Assembly (NCBI GenBank): GCA_030141605.1
Contig: JAQGDQ010000919.1
Location: forward strand, 1-64,000
Source of the DNA: Tubiluchus corallicola
Lineage: Eukaryota > Animalia > Priapulida
Direction: 5' to 3'
Length of the DNA stretch: 64,000 nucleotides
Of the stretch, positions 26,836 through 39,825 are shown piece after piece. Positions within the stretch are counted from its first letter, which is position 1; the number at the start of each line of letters is the position of its first letter. The notes under the pieces were generated by a model, which saw only the letters and a list, made by a program, of their open reading frames with translations, did no database searches and was not told where the DNA came from. The position numbers were made by a program, and so were the translations under genes.

Positions 26836-27454
26836 AGTTAAACAATTTATTATAAGATTGGATCAGACAGTTTGAACAACATGATTTAGGATCCTCACCA
26901 CAACAGACTTTATACACTATTTACAAAAACATTTACAGTAAGAATTGACTATAACTACACAAGCTGACAAGTTTTACTACAAGATTACATTAGATATTAG
27001 TACAAAATGATGGTTAGAAAATATTAATGTACGAATATTTAAGACTGCTGCATTTCATATCAGATAGAAACTACTGGAAGCGTTTAGTACGTAATATACA
27101 TTGGAATATTTTACAGCTAGCAACATAGTTAAATTAATCTTTTCCGAATAATAACAACTTCAACAGATCATTAGTTCCTTAAGGCAGCCATATTAAGGTT
27201 TTCGGGCAGAAGCATTTCATTTAATTTAACAATCATAACAACTATAGTTGGTTAATACAATGGGCAGTGCAACAAAAAGTGTTCAACAGACTCAAATCGA
27301 AATCCAGTCACAATTCGGCAATCAATCTTTTATAATAGATGCTATCATTCAATATTCAGTTCTTGCAAGCTCAGCTAATAATAGACATTCCTGGATTTCA
27401 AGTATTTAGGTGCGGCGTGCAATCGAAGACTTTAACCCGCATGTTTTATTTCAG

Positions 27455-27629
27455 TTCTGGCATCCATTTTTGCTGCCATCCCGTTCCTAGGAACGTATGT
27501 AGCATGCGTACCGGCCGTGTTGGAACTGTGGTTGGTACACGGTCAGAGATTTGCGGCCGCTCTCTTGCTGGTGTGTCATTTAGTGCCCATCTCTGTGCTG
27601 GATTCGGCCATTTATAGAGAAATAAAGGG
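27455..27629 (+). CDS. TMEM245: TMEM245 coding exon
   Basis: tttcag/gtgagt; LASIFAAIPFLGTYVACVPAVLELWL...LDSAIYREIK, the AI-2E-like PFLGT motif; phase 1 to 2. Confidence 0.96.
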
Positions 27630-27773
27630 GTGAGTTGTGAACTAGCAGCATGTTGTAAAAAAAATGTGTAGCAAACGTGAATTGAAACATGTTTTTTACC
27701 GAGGCTTTTGAGAATAGATTATTTGTTGTTTTTCAAACACACGAGGTGAAAGAGAAATTATTTAGCATCACTG

Positions 27774-28109
27774 AATAAGCTTTTTCACAGTTCCAGCGAT
27801 TGATGACGGTCGTGAAAAGATCGGCAAAGGTCGAGTATGCCATTTAACGCCTCGCAGCCCGTGCTATTGTAATACTAACAGTTATAATAGCTAGCTAGAA
27901 ACTTACCTAGTTTATTTTTTATTGTTCCCAAGCAAAATCCTGCTAGTAAATCATTCTATGCACAGACTAATTGAACTGATGCGGCTAACGACTTTGCTTT
28001 ACACACACGTCACGTTATGGTTGCAGCATCGACGTGATGCTGTGGTACACGTAACCTTTGACCTACAGCAACCGCACACGAGCACAACGAAACTTTGAAA
28101 ACATTTATT
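27774..28109. mobile_element. MITE family C
   Basis: AATAAGCTTTTTCACAGTTCCAGCGATTGA start; interior matches the 16160 copy. Confidence 0.72.
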
Positions 28110-28411
28110 TGTATTGACAATATTTGTTTCATTTTAACTAACCAATAACGGAGCTTTAAGGTTCGTCTACACGAGAAGTGATGAATTTTCTTTGACCGTC
28201 TTTGCCTTTGCCGAACTTTCATGTCCTTATTGACACCCTCATAATTTTACCATTTTCTCACACTTCAAAGCTCACAAACCAACTTCTTAACAGGCGCAGT
28301 GTGGCGAGGAAATGTTTTTGATTGTTTCTATTCGGCACATGTATTTTTTCTATTGGACCTATTCGTGAACGTTAAGTTTTATAGTACATATTATCATCTG
28401 ATTAGTTCATT

Positions 28412-28494
28412 TTAATAATAATAACGACTACAATAATGATACTGATAATAATAACAATAATAATAATAATATAATAATAATAATAATAATAGTG

Positions 28495-28542
<48 letters not shown>

Positions 28543-28545
28543 GTA

Positions 28546-28605
<60 letters not shown>

Positions 28606-28617
28606 GTAATAATAGTG

Positions 28618-28650
<33 letters not shown>

Positions 28651-28653
28651 GTA

Positions 28654-28702
<49 letters not shown>

Positions 28703-28703
28703 C

Positions 28704-28768
<65 letters not shown>

Positions 28769-28806
28769 CAATAATAATAATAATAATCATAATAATAATC
28801 ATAATA
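28412..28806. repeat. (TAA)n microsatellite
   Basis: Directly visible. Confidence 0.98.
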
Positions 28807-29024
28807 AAATCAATATGTTCAAAACTTCAAATCATTCCTTAAAACTTATTTTTATAAAGAAGCCATTTTAATTAATTAGAAATTTAATACGGACTTGTGG
28901 ATTTAATTACAGCTGGATTTTTATATACATGCATTACGATTTCAGTTTTATTTATAACAGCCTATTGTGTTAATATTTTAAGTATGTAAAATGCATTTTA
29001 AAGATTCAATTAATAAATATTAAG

Positions 29025-29140
29025 ATTAATTAATTAATTAATTATGATGACGATGATGATGCTGATGCTGAGGATGCTGCTGCTGATGATGACGATGATG
29101 ATGCTGATGCTGATGATGCTGCTGCTGATGATGATGATGT

Positions 29141-29177
<37 letters not shown>

Positions 29178-29202
29178 AATGATGCTGATGATGATGATGA
29201 TA
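29025..29202. repeat. (TAAT)n plus (TGA/TGC)n microsatellite
   Basis: Directly visible; similar to the reverse complement of 30601-30925. Confidence 0.95.
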
Positions 29203-29411
29203 GTAATAATTTATTGACATATAGTTCACTGTCAAATGTATAGTATAATAAGCTAAGTTATATGAATTTTTTTGGTAGTGTAGTTTCTTAACTTAATTTT
29301 TGCTAACGTAAATTATGATGATTGTCATTATGTTAAAGTCTTCCGTGAAGCTGCAGTAGTTGATATCTTGCACTCAAAATATTCACATTGATAGTATGTC
29401 AAAAGACTAGT

Positions 29412-29838
29412 GTTTGGACTTTCAAAACCAAATTCGAAGCTCGATTAAATTTTGCTCTTTCTTTGCTCTTTATTTGCCAAAACATGTCATTCCATCTAAA
29501 CATAAGAAATTAGTGCCAAAAATAACAAAAAATAATAATAGCCAAAAGTCAATTTTACATAATTAAGAGTTCTACACTGCACTTTCATATTAATTAATAC
29601 ATAGCTGTTATTTTAAACTAAATTTAAGTTTATTAAAGTAATTAGAGAATATACATACGTTATTAGCCCCAAATCATGAGCAATTGTAACAGATAACGAC
29701 AATATCTCATAACTTATCATGACACGTCTTCACTTCACAGTAGGCCTCTGACCCAGATCAAATTGATCACGTGATTAGGCCAAAAATCACCACAAGGTGG
29801 CCAAAGCCGACAACAAGCGAAAGCCGCCAAGCACGCCA
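29412..29838. repeat. Second copy of the 430-bp dispersed repeat
   Basis: Near-identical to 13433-13862. Confidence 0.85.
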
Positions 29839-29939
29839 ATACAACTAGTGAAAAAAGATTAAGCAACATTGTAAAGTGTAATAATTATACATAAGCACTT
29901 AGTCTAGCGATAACACCTATTAGTAACTTAAGTGCCAAT

Positions 29940-30093
29940 TATTATTACCCCCATGTTACCTCACTAAACCCGTGTGCTCGGTCAAAGAACTGGCGATAGC
30001 ATTTTTTAAGTCATTGATATGACTCTGTCGGGAGTTGAACCCTCGACCTTTGTTGTTGGAAGCGAGCAAGCTACCATTGAGCTATAACTCCTG
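29940..30093 (-). mobile_element. tRNA-derived SINE with a conserved core-like segment
   Basis: The minus strand reads TAGCTCAATGGTAG (A box)...GGTTCAACTCC (B box), then GTCATATCAATGACTTAAAAAATG. Confidence 0.7.
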
Positions 30094-30188
30094 GTAAACA
30101 GGTGAAACTGAATGCATAGCAGGAAGATAACTTACCGTGTGTGCAGAAACTGCTGACTTTTACAAATTCTTGCTTGTAAATTTTGCAG

Positions 30189-30396
30189 GGGTGGTCATCC
30201 GTACCTGACCGGTCTGGCTATTGTCGGAGGCATGGCTTGCTACGGGTTGGAAGGTGCAATTATTGGACCAATATTGTTGTGTTGTTTAATCGTTGTATTC
30301 AACGTGTTTGCCAGCATAATGCAAGACACGACGCCGCAGCCGCCGACGACACCGTTTGCCGTTCGAGTGGCCAAGTTCGAATCTGAGAAACAGTGA
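30189..30396 (+). CDS. TMEM245: TMEM245 probable last coding exon (TGA at 30394-30396)
   Basis: ttgcag; GGHPYLTGLAIVGGMACYGLEGAIIGPILLCCLIVVFNVFASIM...EKQ* matches the diagnostic GGHPYLTGLAVAGG...GLEGAIIGPILLC motif. Confidence 0.96.
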
Positions 30397-30568
30397 GCCT
30401 TGGACAGATGTTTTAACTTTTTATTCTCTTTCTTTCTTCTTATGCTTTTGTTTCTTGTTTTCCCTTAAGATGTGCCCGATAATGTGAATCGCACAAACAA
30501 TGTCACTTTCTGTAAATTGTCTTTGTAATTTGGTATTTTCTCGAGTGTTATACAAATTGTTGATGCAG

Positions 30569-30661
30569 ACTAAAGTGATGTTTATGTAGCATCCCGGAAT
30601 GCATCATCATCATCATCATCAGCATCATCGTCAGCATCATCAGCATCAGCATCATCAGCAG

Positions 30662-30693
<32 letters not shown>

Positions 30694-30829
30694 GCATCAT
30701 CATCAGGATCTTCATCATCATCATCATCAGCAGCAGCAGCATCATCATTATCAGCATCATCATCAGCATCATCATCAGGATCATCATCATCATCAGCATC
30801 ATCATCAGCATCGTCAGCATGATCAGCAT

Positions 30830-30860
<31 letters not shown>

Positions 30861-31134
30861 AGCAGCATCATCATCATCATCAGCATCATCATCATTAATT
30901 AATTAATTAATTTTAATTAATTAATGCATTATCCATCTGCGGAATAGCTATGGAATAAAAAATCAATATGAAATAGCTGCAGAAAAGTAAGTCATACTGC
31001 GGCTCATATAAATGGGTGCATTGAAATTATTTCATTGCTATTTTATTACATTTATTATAAAACTGATTTTATCTATTCTGCACCCCCATATAACACATAA
31101 GCATTCTGGATGCTACATAAATGCCACTTAATGT
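30569..31134. mobile_element. MITE with an internal (CAT/CAG)n microsatellite
   Basis: Imperfect TIR of about 33 bp, AAGTGATGTTTATGTAGCATCCCGGAATGC / GCATTCTGGATGCTACATAAATGCCACTT; microsatellite at 30601-30895. Confidence 0.75.
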
Positions 31135-31799
31135 TTTTTACACGTTTAGCACTGCACACTATTTCAAAGTTGTCTATCAAAGTTGATTTTGATATAGGAA
31201 TTGGTTGAAATGTTGTGGTCACTATGCATGTATTCACTGTTTATCCTCTGATACGGCGTGCATACCAGTTATACACATCTAACATATATGAATTTACATT
31301 TTCAAATAGAACTATACTAAAGTTTTTACAATTTTTAGCATTTTTATATACATTTTAAACCAGTAATTCACATAATGTATTCAGAATAGTTGTGAAGTCA
31401 AACTTTGTAAATTTAAAAGGTTTTAAAATCAAAATTTAGGAAATGCATTTTAGCGAAAGCAGCAGCAGTTGTATTTACACTTTTTTTTAAAAATGCTTGT
31501 AGATAGTTCGACGGTGCTAATTTTATTTTAAAATGTTTTCATTAGTGTTTTGTTAGAATATCTATGCTATTCTATTGTTTAAAATACCTGTACTTTACTG
31601 GTGATTTAATATTATAGGTAATTATGAGACACAGAGATCAGAAATTTAGATATTTGTGTTAGGTATTATTTAAACTGTTGTTGAAGAAGTTTGTATTTAA
31701 GATGATCTCAAAAATTAATGTTTTTATACTGAGAAACCATCATAGGCTTTGGAGAACGTTGCATAAAATATTTGCATGTTAATCCCCTACTGTCTAGTC

Positions 31800-32298
31800 C
31801 AGGGGTGTGCAAATTATCTGACTAGCCGGGCCACATTAAACTTTCCCGCAATTCCTGCGGGCCACAGGCAGTTTGGTCAAGGAGCCAAGTACAGAAAGGC
31901 CTAATAACGATTTTTTGCATCCGACCTGCGTACATCATTACTACTACACTCAAGAAACTATTTTAGAAGTTATTAAAATTTATATTACAAACCATATATT
32001 TCTACTTTCAGAACAGATAGTGGTAATTTCATTACAATACATATCAGTAATGTGTATCACACAGTCTGTGTAGTACAGTGACATTAAGCTACAACCGTCT
32101 TGTAAGGGTTAATGGCATCCGATCTAGTAGAAAAAACTACCCGCACTATCTTTGGGATCGTGGTACGGACTTCAGCTGGATACACTCAATTAATCGCCCG
32201 GGCCACACTTTCATTAGGTTGACAAATCTCTTCGCGGGCCGCACAAATTCTCTCGGCGGGCTGCGAGTGGCCCGTGGGCTGCAATTTGCACACCCCTG
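31800..32298. mobile_element. hAT (Charlie/Buster-like) MITE family A, inverted relative to the 3269 copy
   Basis: TIR CAGGGGTGTGCAAATT; perfect 8-bp TSD GTCTAGTC resembling the NTCTAGAN target preference. Confidence 0.93.
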
Positions 32299-33004
32299 GT
32301 CTAGTCTGAGACCTTTTTAGTTTCATGTAGGATCTCATATAGGACACGACTTGATGCTTACATGTTTTCATGAAATTTTGTTTTGAAAGAAATGAGAATG
32401 GACAGTAACTGTCGGAAAATAGCGCAGTCCAAAATGTCAATGATTAAATTTGTGATGAAAAACTTGTATCAAGCTTGCATTCATTTCAAGTCAATGAGTT
32501 GTTATTTTTTCCAACAGGTGGCACTTAGTATGATGGCAACGTAGTTGTAAAACACCAGACAAGTGAAAATTTAAATTCGATTGCCACATTTGTCGTTTTT
32601 TCTTTACCAATTTGTTTTTTAAATCTGTTTCTTGTTGCTGAATTCCACTTGCAGGACAGTAGATGGCGCAATTTATACTGTGCTGCCATCTGCACTTAAA
32701 TCTATAATTACAGTAATGAAAACTAGTCTTTAAATTTTAAAGTTGTTTAACGTAATCTAACATTGTAATTTTTCTAATTGTAATTGCAAATGAAAACAAT
32801 ATTGTTGCATTTACAGGTTGTGCAAACAGTTTATTGGATCTAGATTGTTGTTGTTATACGTGTTTTATTTATTACGATAGATTGTTGATACATAGTTAGG
32901 TATTTTATATTGGAAGATAGGGCTAGTCATGCTAGATAGCTTGTGTTAGTCCAAACTAAAAGTAATGTGTAGTTTTACTATGTATTTTGACATCATTGTT
33001 TAAA

Positions 33005-34388
33005 TAGCTAGACGTTTGATGTAGGGAGGTTTAATTCTTGGGTTACTGTTTGGTATCAGTACGGCAGTAGAACAGCTAGAGGTTTGATGTAGGGAGGTTT
33101 AATTCTTGAGTTACTGTTTGGTATCAGTACGGCAGTAGAACAGCTAGAGGTTTGGTGTAGGGAGGTTTAATTCTTGAGTTACTGTTTGGTATCAGTGCAG
33201 CAGTAGAACAGCTAGGGGTTTGGTGTAGGGAGGTTTAATTCTTGAGTTACTGTTTGGTATCAGTACAGCATTAAAAAAGCTAGAGGTTTGGTGTAGGGAG
33301 GTTTAATTCTTGAGTTACTGTTTGGTATCAGTGCAGCAGTAGAACAGCTAGGGGTTTGGTGTAGGGAGGTTTAATTCTTGAGTTACTGTTTGGTATCAGT
33401 ACGGCAGTAGAACAGCTAGAGGTTTGGTGTAGGGAGGTTTAATTCTTGAGTTACTGTTTGGTATCAGTGCAGCAGTAGAACAGCTAGGGGTTTGGTGTAG
33501 GGAGGTTAAATTCTTGAGTTACTGTTTGGTATCAGTACAGCATCAGAACAGCTAGAGGTTTGGTGTAGGGAGGTTTAATTCTTGAGTGACTGTTTGGTAT
33601 CAGTACAGCATCAGAACAGCTAGAGGTTTGATGTCAGTTTCAGCATCAGAACAGCTAGAGGTTTGGTGTAGGGAGGTTTAATTCCCGTGTTACTGTTTGG
33701 TATCAGTGCAGCAGTAGAACAGCTAGAGGTTTGGTGTAGGGAGGTTTAATTCTCGAGTTACTGTTTGGTATCAGTGCAGCAGTAGAACAGCTAGGCGTTT
33801 GCTGTAGGGAGGTTTAATTCCCGAGTTACTGTTTGGTATCAGTGCAGCAGTAGAACAGCTAGAGGTTTGGTGTAGAGAGGTTTAATTCTTGAGTGACTGT
33901 TTGGTATCAGTACAGTATCAGAACAGCTAGAGGTTTGATGTCAGTACAGCATCAGAACAGCTAGAGGTTTGATGTCAGTTTCAGCATCAGAACAGCTAGA
34001 GGTTTGGTGTAGGGAGGTTTAATTCCCGAGTTACTGTTTGGTATCAGTGCAGCAGTAGAACAGCTAGAGGTTTGGTGTAGGGAGGTTTAATTCCCGAGTT
34101 ACTGTTTGGTATCAGTGCAGCAGTAGAACAGCTAGAGGTTTGGTGTAGGGAGGTTTAATTCTTGAGTGACTGTTTGGTATCAGTGCAGCAGTAGAACAGC
34201 TAGAGGTTTGGTGTAGGGAGGTTTAATTCTTGAGTGACTGTTTGGTATCAGTGCAGCAGTAGAACAGCTAAAGGTTTTGTGTAGGGAGGTTTAATTCTTG
34301 TGTTACTGTTTGGTATCAGTACAGCATCAGAACAGCTAAAGGTTTTGTGTAGGGAGGTTTAATTCTTGTGTTACTGTTTGGTATCAGT
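33005..34388. repeat. 68-bp minisatellite, about 20 copies
   Basis: Unit AACAGCTAGAGGTTTGGTGTAGGGAGGTTTAATTCTTGAGTTACTGTTTGGTATCAGTGCAGCAGTAG, with some shortened units. Confidence 0.97.
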
Positions 34389-35634
34389 TATTTATTGTAA
34401 TACGGTATCAGAACTGCAATATATTTATATAACTGCTGCAGTCGAATAGGGTTGCCTACAGCAAGCTAATGTAACCACTGTGTCAAGTAGGGCATTATCT
34501 CGCATTAATTTCTGTTATTGTTAACCTAGATTTCACGTCATTTTGCCATCTTAAATTGTAAGTAGTATGCTTGATTTGTTTCCGCTCCACATTATTGTGT
34601 TGACTTTCATTTGTGCAGTTGATTTTCTATCTCTTTAGTTAGCGCAGAAAAATTTGGACTTAGGTAAATAAAATATACTACTGTTGCCTAATTATATCAA
34701 TGCTTAAAGTTTTTAACGGACTGATTGATTACGTTATTGCCACCAGTTTTTTGTTTTGCAGCGTGTTATTTATTTCGTGATTTGTTTTAGTTATGCAAAA
34801 TGGGTTTGAGCTTGCTGATTTGCTACTAATAAAAAGCTGACATTTTTACACAAAGACAAATATTTTACATGTTTCTTGCTGTGTTTGCTAAGAGTAAATT
34901 AAAGTAAATTACACCATCATTAATGCATTACAACTGGCATCAAAGTTTGAAAAGGCTGCATGAAAAATAAGGTAAATTGTAAACTGCAATACAATATTAT
35001 GACCGTGTCAATAATCACTACTGCCTGGTTATGCTTAGCTTTTCCGTATACACTAAAGAAGCTTGCTACACGGCACAACACTCCTTGCATCATGTTTTTG
35101 TTGGTCCCTTTGAGAAACAAAGAGGGAAACCTCTTATTGTCGGGTTTATTTCTACTATTCTTACTATTTATTTACTAGTGAGATCTCCTATTATGGCACT
35201 GCTAACTAATTGAATTTCTGCGCAAATTTCCTGGTTAATTTTAATCTCATCCATGACACTAATAACTGAGATATGAATCTATCTTATTAGGGTGTTAGGC
35301 ACTGTATTATAAGTAAAATTCATACCTGACTGTTTCAGTGTTCAATGCGTTTAATTTTTACAATGGCTTTTGGACCCTTTTCCAACAGTTTTTTACCCAG
35401 TTAGATATGTTTTGGCTGTCGTTGTTGCTAAATAAAGTCGCTTGAAAGGAATGTTAAGTTGATTAGTGAACGTCAATAGATTTGATATACGGGTAAACCT
35501 CGTTTTTGCTAGATATGTTGAACGTGAACGTGAATGTTGTTTATGTTGTTGAAACGTAACTTTTTTTTGAATTGTATTTTAATGCTACTAATTTGTACAA
35601 CAGATACTAGACGTAACTAACTTGTCTAAATTTA

Positions 35635-35686
35635 ATGGCGAAGCATCATCCAGATTTAATATTTTGTAGAAAGCAAGCTGGTGTTG
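35635..35686 (+). CDS. PHF5A: PHF5A (SF3b subunit, Rds3 homologue) coding exon 1
   Basis: ATG, MAKHHPDLIFCRKQAGV, then a gtaagt donor; 52 nt. Confidence 0.98.
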
Positions 35687-36820
35687 GTAAGTGTAATGAA
35701 ATATTCAATTTATAGCAATTTTTAAATAAAAAAAGTTGTAAAATTATATAGTTGTGACTTGAATCAGTTTTGTAGGAGAGGCAATACCGTAAATGTGTTG
35801 TAAATGTCCAATCCCTTTTATTAGCTTGATAAGATTATGGGCGGTTTTACTACGTAGTAATAATATAGGAAAAATATCTTCATGATGGTATCGTAGTAGT
35901 AGGAGTAAAAAAATTTATCAGATATTATTGTGAATATATTTAAAATATATTAAAGGGGCCTAAGTTAGGGAACAGGGGCGTAATATCACTGACCATAGTC
36001 ACAGAAGATCATGGGACACGATAAAAAGTAATTCTGTGTTTCTCCCTTGTGTTTTTGCGAGCTGTGCTGTTGAGTTTTTTCTATGTGTTCATATTCGTTT
36101 TAGTGTGATATTTTTATATGATAGTGATACGAAATAAAAAACTCCCAAAGAGTACTTATTAACAGAAGCTTTCAGCCGGACTGTAGTGACAGTTTCAAAC
36201 AACACATCTTTGTTTTCTTTTTCCTTGTTTAATAATTATATTATCTTTTATTTCATTATTACAATTCTTATCATTAAATTGTGTTATTACGTAACCTTAT
36301 TACGATATTATTTACGATTTGTTTGATATTATTTTTTGCTTTACATTGAATTTCATTAATTTTTTGCTTGATGTTATGCCTTGTTATGCATTGAATTGCA
36401 TTTCCGCTTTGAGTTGATTTTTGTTGCTTTTGCCTTTATTGATACACAAACACCTAAATATGTCATGAGCCTTTGAGTAAACTTGTATTTTTAATAAGGG
36501 GCAGCTGACCAAGTGACCAATAGGTCTTTCGCTGCTCCTTCTCAGCTGCAATGAAATGTAAAAGTAATTATGACGAATTCTAACTGCTATTGAGAAAATA
36601 AAATTGAATTGAATTATTGTTTGGTTATGTTTGTTATTCTTGTTGTGATTATTTATTTTATCAAAATTGATATCTTATAGTCGGAAGAATTAAATTGGTC
36701 TAAAATTCAAGTAGTTCCTCCATTAATTAATAAATTTCATTGAAAAACAATTTCCTTGATTGTATTCATTGAAGAAAGTTGATGTGCTATGTAGTAATCA
36801 CTGGATTTTTTTCGTTTCAG

Positions 36821-36844
36821 CCATTGGAAGGCTATGTGAGAAAT
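36821..36844 (+). CDS. PHF5A: PHF5A coding exon 2 (24-nt microexon)
   Basis: tttcag/gtaagt; (A)IGRLCEK(C). Confidence 0.97.
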
Positions 36845-37764
36845 GTAAGTGAAGAATCACATATGTGATATATACTTTGCTGTACTTTGCTGAAGCAGAA
36901 CATTGCACTGCATTGCTGCATTGCTTTATGCCGTGCAGTTATTTTCATTTCAATAAACAGGTTTATTGTTAAGTTTGATTGTCTGAGTAGCGTGATTATA
37001 GTCTGATGAGTTTGTGTCTAAATAACTATGGAAGTTTTTGCTGAATCAATCAAAGTGGTTTATTTATGACATTGCAGCAGTGATCAGGCTGAAATAACAA
37101 CAACAAAATAATTACATATAATACTGCCCTACCGCATAGAGCGTAAGTGCAAATATAAATGTTTGGAATTATACTAATTTAAGAATTCTTCCTTTAATCA
37201 CAAAAGTAAAACTGCAAATAATATACCGTTCTAAATGTTAAACATCTGCTTGACACTGCATGGAGTTCTTATTGTTAAATGTGTTAAAAATTGCCTCCTG
37301 GCAAATAGCAATATGGGTACTCTTCATATGCTGAAATCTTCGAGATCCTCTAGTGTCGTGGAAAACTTTTAAGAGAAATTCTTCACAAACATTTTACTCA
37401 TAAGTGACTTTTGCTTCTAGAAAAAATAAAAAAAAATTTTTGAATGTGAACAATTAGTTACTGTATTACATCATTTTGATACCAGCTGTTTATAATTGTT
37501 GTTTTATATTAAAAGTATTTCGTTTTCTAAAGTTACATAATTTGAGATATAGAACAGTCGACGCTCGATTGTCGGAACTCGATTAAAATGAATTAATTAT
37601 AATATAACATACATAATATTAAATTGCTACATAAGATGATAATATTGCAGTAATTTATTAATTACCCATGGAAATTTTAGCCTCAGAATTTAACTAATGA
37701 AAAATGTGAAGAATTAATCCAATTAGCTAGAATCACTCTAGTATCAGTTATTGGTGATGAACTT

Positions 37765-37900
37765 TGGATTGCCTTGACCACTGGGTGATACTGTGGCCCA
37801 AAGGTCTAAGACATCTGCTTTGTAAACAGAAGGTTCCCGGTTCAAATCCAAGCTGCATTGCAACCGCGTTTCCTGTTTCACACCTCTTTTAAATCTGATT
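37765..37900 (+). mobile_element. tRNA-derived SINE head (degenerate)
   Basis: GGATTGCCTTGACCACTG...GGTTCCCGGTTCAAATCC; leader shared with 53311. Confidence 0.5.
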
Positions 37901-37954
37901 TAATTAATTGTGAGTTTGTGTTGTAATTAAAATGAACACTTTTAATCCTTTCAG

Positions 37955-38121
37955 GTGATGGCAAGTGTGTTATCTGTGACTCGTACGTGAGGCCTTGCAC
38001 TCTTGTCCGGATATGTGATGAATGTAACTACGGTTCGTATCAAGGTCGTTGCGTCATCTGCGGAGGTCCGGGCGTGTCTGATGCCTATTATTGTAAAGAA
38101 TGTACCATACAGGAAAAAGAC
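37955..38121 (+). CDS. PHF5A: PHF5A coding exon 3
   Basis: tttcag/gtaaga; [55 protein letters not shown]. Confidence 0.99.
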
Positions 38122-38144
38122 GTAAGAACCCGTAAATTTATTAA

Positions 38145-38765
38145 AGGAGAGAACAAGTCATTGTTGGGTTTATTTTACTGTTATTGTTTAAACTTGGAAA
38201 ATTACAACAGTAAAGAAATTTGCAAAAAAATGTCTATTTTTACTACCGCTGTATAGAAATTTTCTGGTGAGGTGGTGGCTGCCGTTCACTTGACAATTAT
38301 GACGAAACTCGTGCACTTCGGGACTTTTCGTACGCTTGTGCATTGTCGCCATCTGTAAGCAAGCATTGCTTAAATTAATTCAAACTTCTGCAGCTTGCCT
38401 AACGTTTATACAAAAATATTACAAATTATCTAAACTTGTAAAAACTTGTTATAGTTTTACATTATATCTAAATTTTGTAAAAACTTGTTATACTTTGGCA
38501 AAAATTGACAGTACGCTGCTTTTCTTAAGCCAGTGAGTGACATCATTGGTGGAAAAATGGATGTTCAAAATGGGAGTGCCCAAGTCTGTAATGATCGCGA
38601 TTTTAAAGGGATTTTATTAATTACAAGAGGCGCTCATCACACTTATCACACTTATCACATGATTATCACACGCTTATCACACTTATCACATGCTTATCAC
38701 ACTTTCATTACTAAATCCTAACATATTTCGGGAACACTAACTTCCCCGAAGGCTGAACTTTTCCT
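38145..38765. mobile_element. Kolobok-like TTAA element family K2
   Basis: TTAA|AGGAGAG...CTTTTCCT|TTAA; diverged relative at about 61880-62362. Confidence 0.6.
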
Positions 38766-39735
38766 TTAATTTTCTTAGTCGATGTTTGAATGATAATTGT
38801 ACAATTTTGTATTCTTACTATTTGACTGTAAGGACGTGCAGAAGTCTAAAAAACAGAAAAAATTTTCTTTTTGTTGTCAAGTGTTAGAAAAATGCTGAAT
38901 TTCCTAGTGTTGTTGAAGTGAGAGACTTATAAAAAAAAGAAAGAGCTTTTTCATAAAAATCTTGGTGTGTACGTAACATTTTTGTGTTAGATGGGTAAAC
39001 GTGATTTCATATTTTTATTATTCTTTCACTCTTACTCTAGTTCCAACTGCCGATGTAGGGTCTATTGTTTATTATTATTATATTGTTTATTTCGAACGTA
39101 TAGTTTACATTGAAGTACAAAATTATCTAGGAAAAAAAATAAAATTACAATTATATACATAAAAAATTAGTACTTAATATCAAAACAAAGAAAAGTAATA
39201 CAATACAGGTATTACAATTACACACATCCTAAATAACCTCATATTTATTATACATATTATATTATACATACCTTATTATATGATGTTATACCAATGGAAA
39301 ATACCCATGAAAAGTTAATTAACGCAGAACCAATTTTTAATTTCATTTAAGTTACACATTTCGTAAAAAGCTTATAGTTGTGGTTACACATTTCAAGTTA
39401 ATGGGAAGATAAAATGGCATATTGCTGTGTTCAGTGGTCGTTATAAACTATTAAAATTAATTTTTCAGAGGCTGAAGAAAGTTTGTTAAAACTATCGTTA
39501 AGTTTTTATGTTCCAAAATTTTAGATCACTGCAAATAGATGTTGTTGCATTTTTTGTACAAAGGCAATGAAGAATTATATCAAAAATTTGACAAAGAACA
39601 GTCATAGCTTTAGTGAAGAACTTTTTTTCAGTTTAGTTTGTCTTAGTTCCTTTGCAACATTTGTGAATAAACAATTCTTTTTGTTTTAGTATAAAAATAA
39701 CTTGTGTTATAAGTATCAAATTTGCACATTTTCAG

Positions 39736-39825
39736 AGAGATGGGTGTCCAAAGATCGTGAATCTCGGCAGTTCGAAGACCGATTTGTTTTACGAACGGAA
39801 GAAATACGGGTTTAAGAAGAGATAG
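39736..39825 (+). CDS. PHF5A: PHF5A coding exon 4 with stop
   Basis: tttcag; [29 protein letters not shown]. Confidence 0.99.

Noticed and set aside
38122-38256. C-terminal part of the 89-aa ORF as PHF5A sequence
   Set aside because: Read-through past the gtaaga donor into a TTAA element; the true continuation is at 39736.
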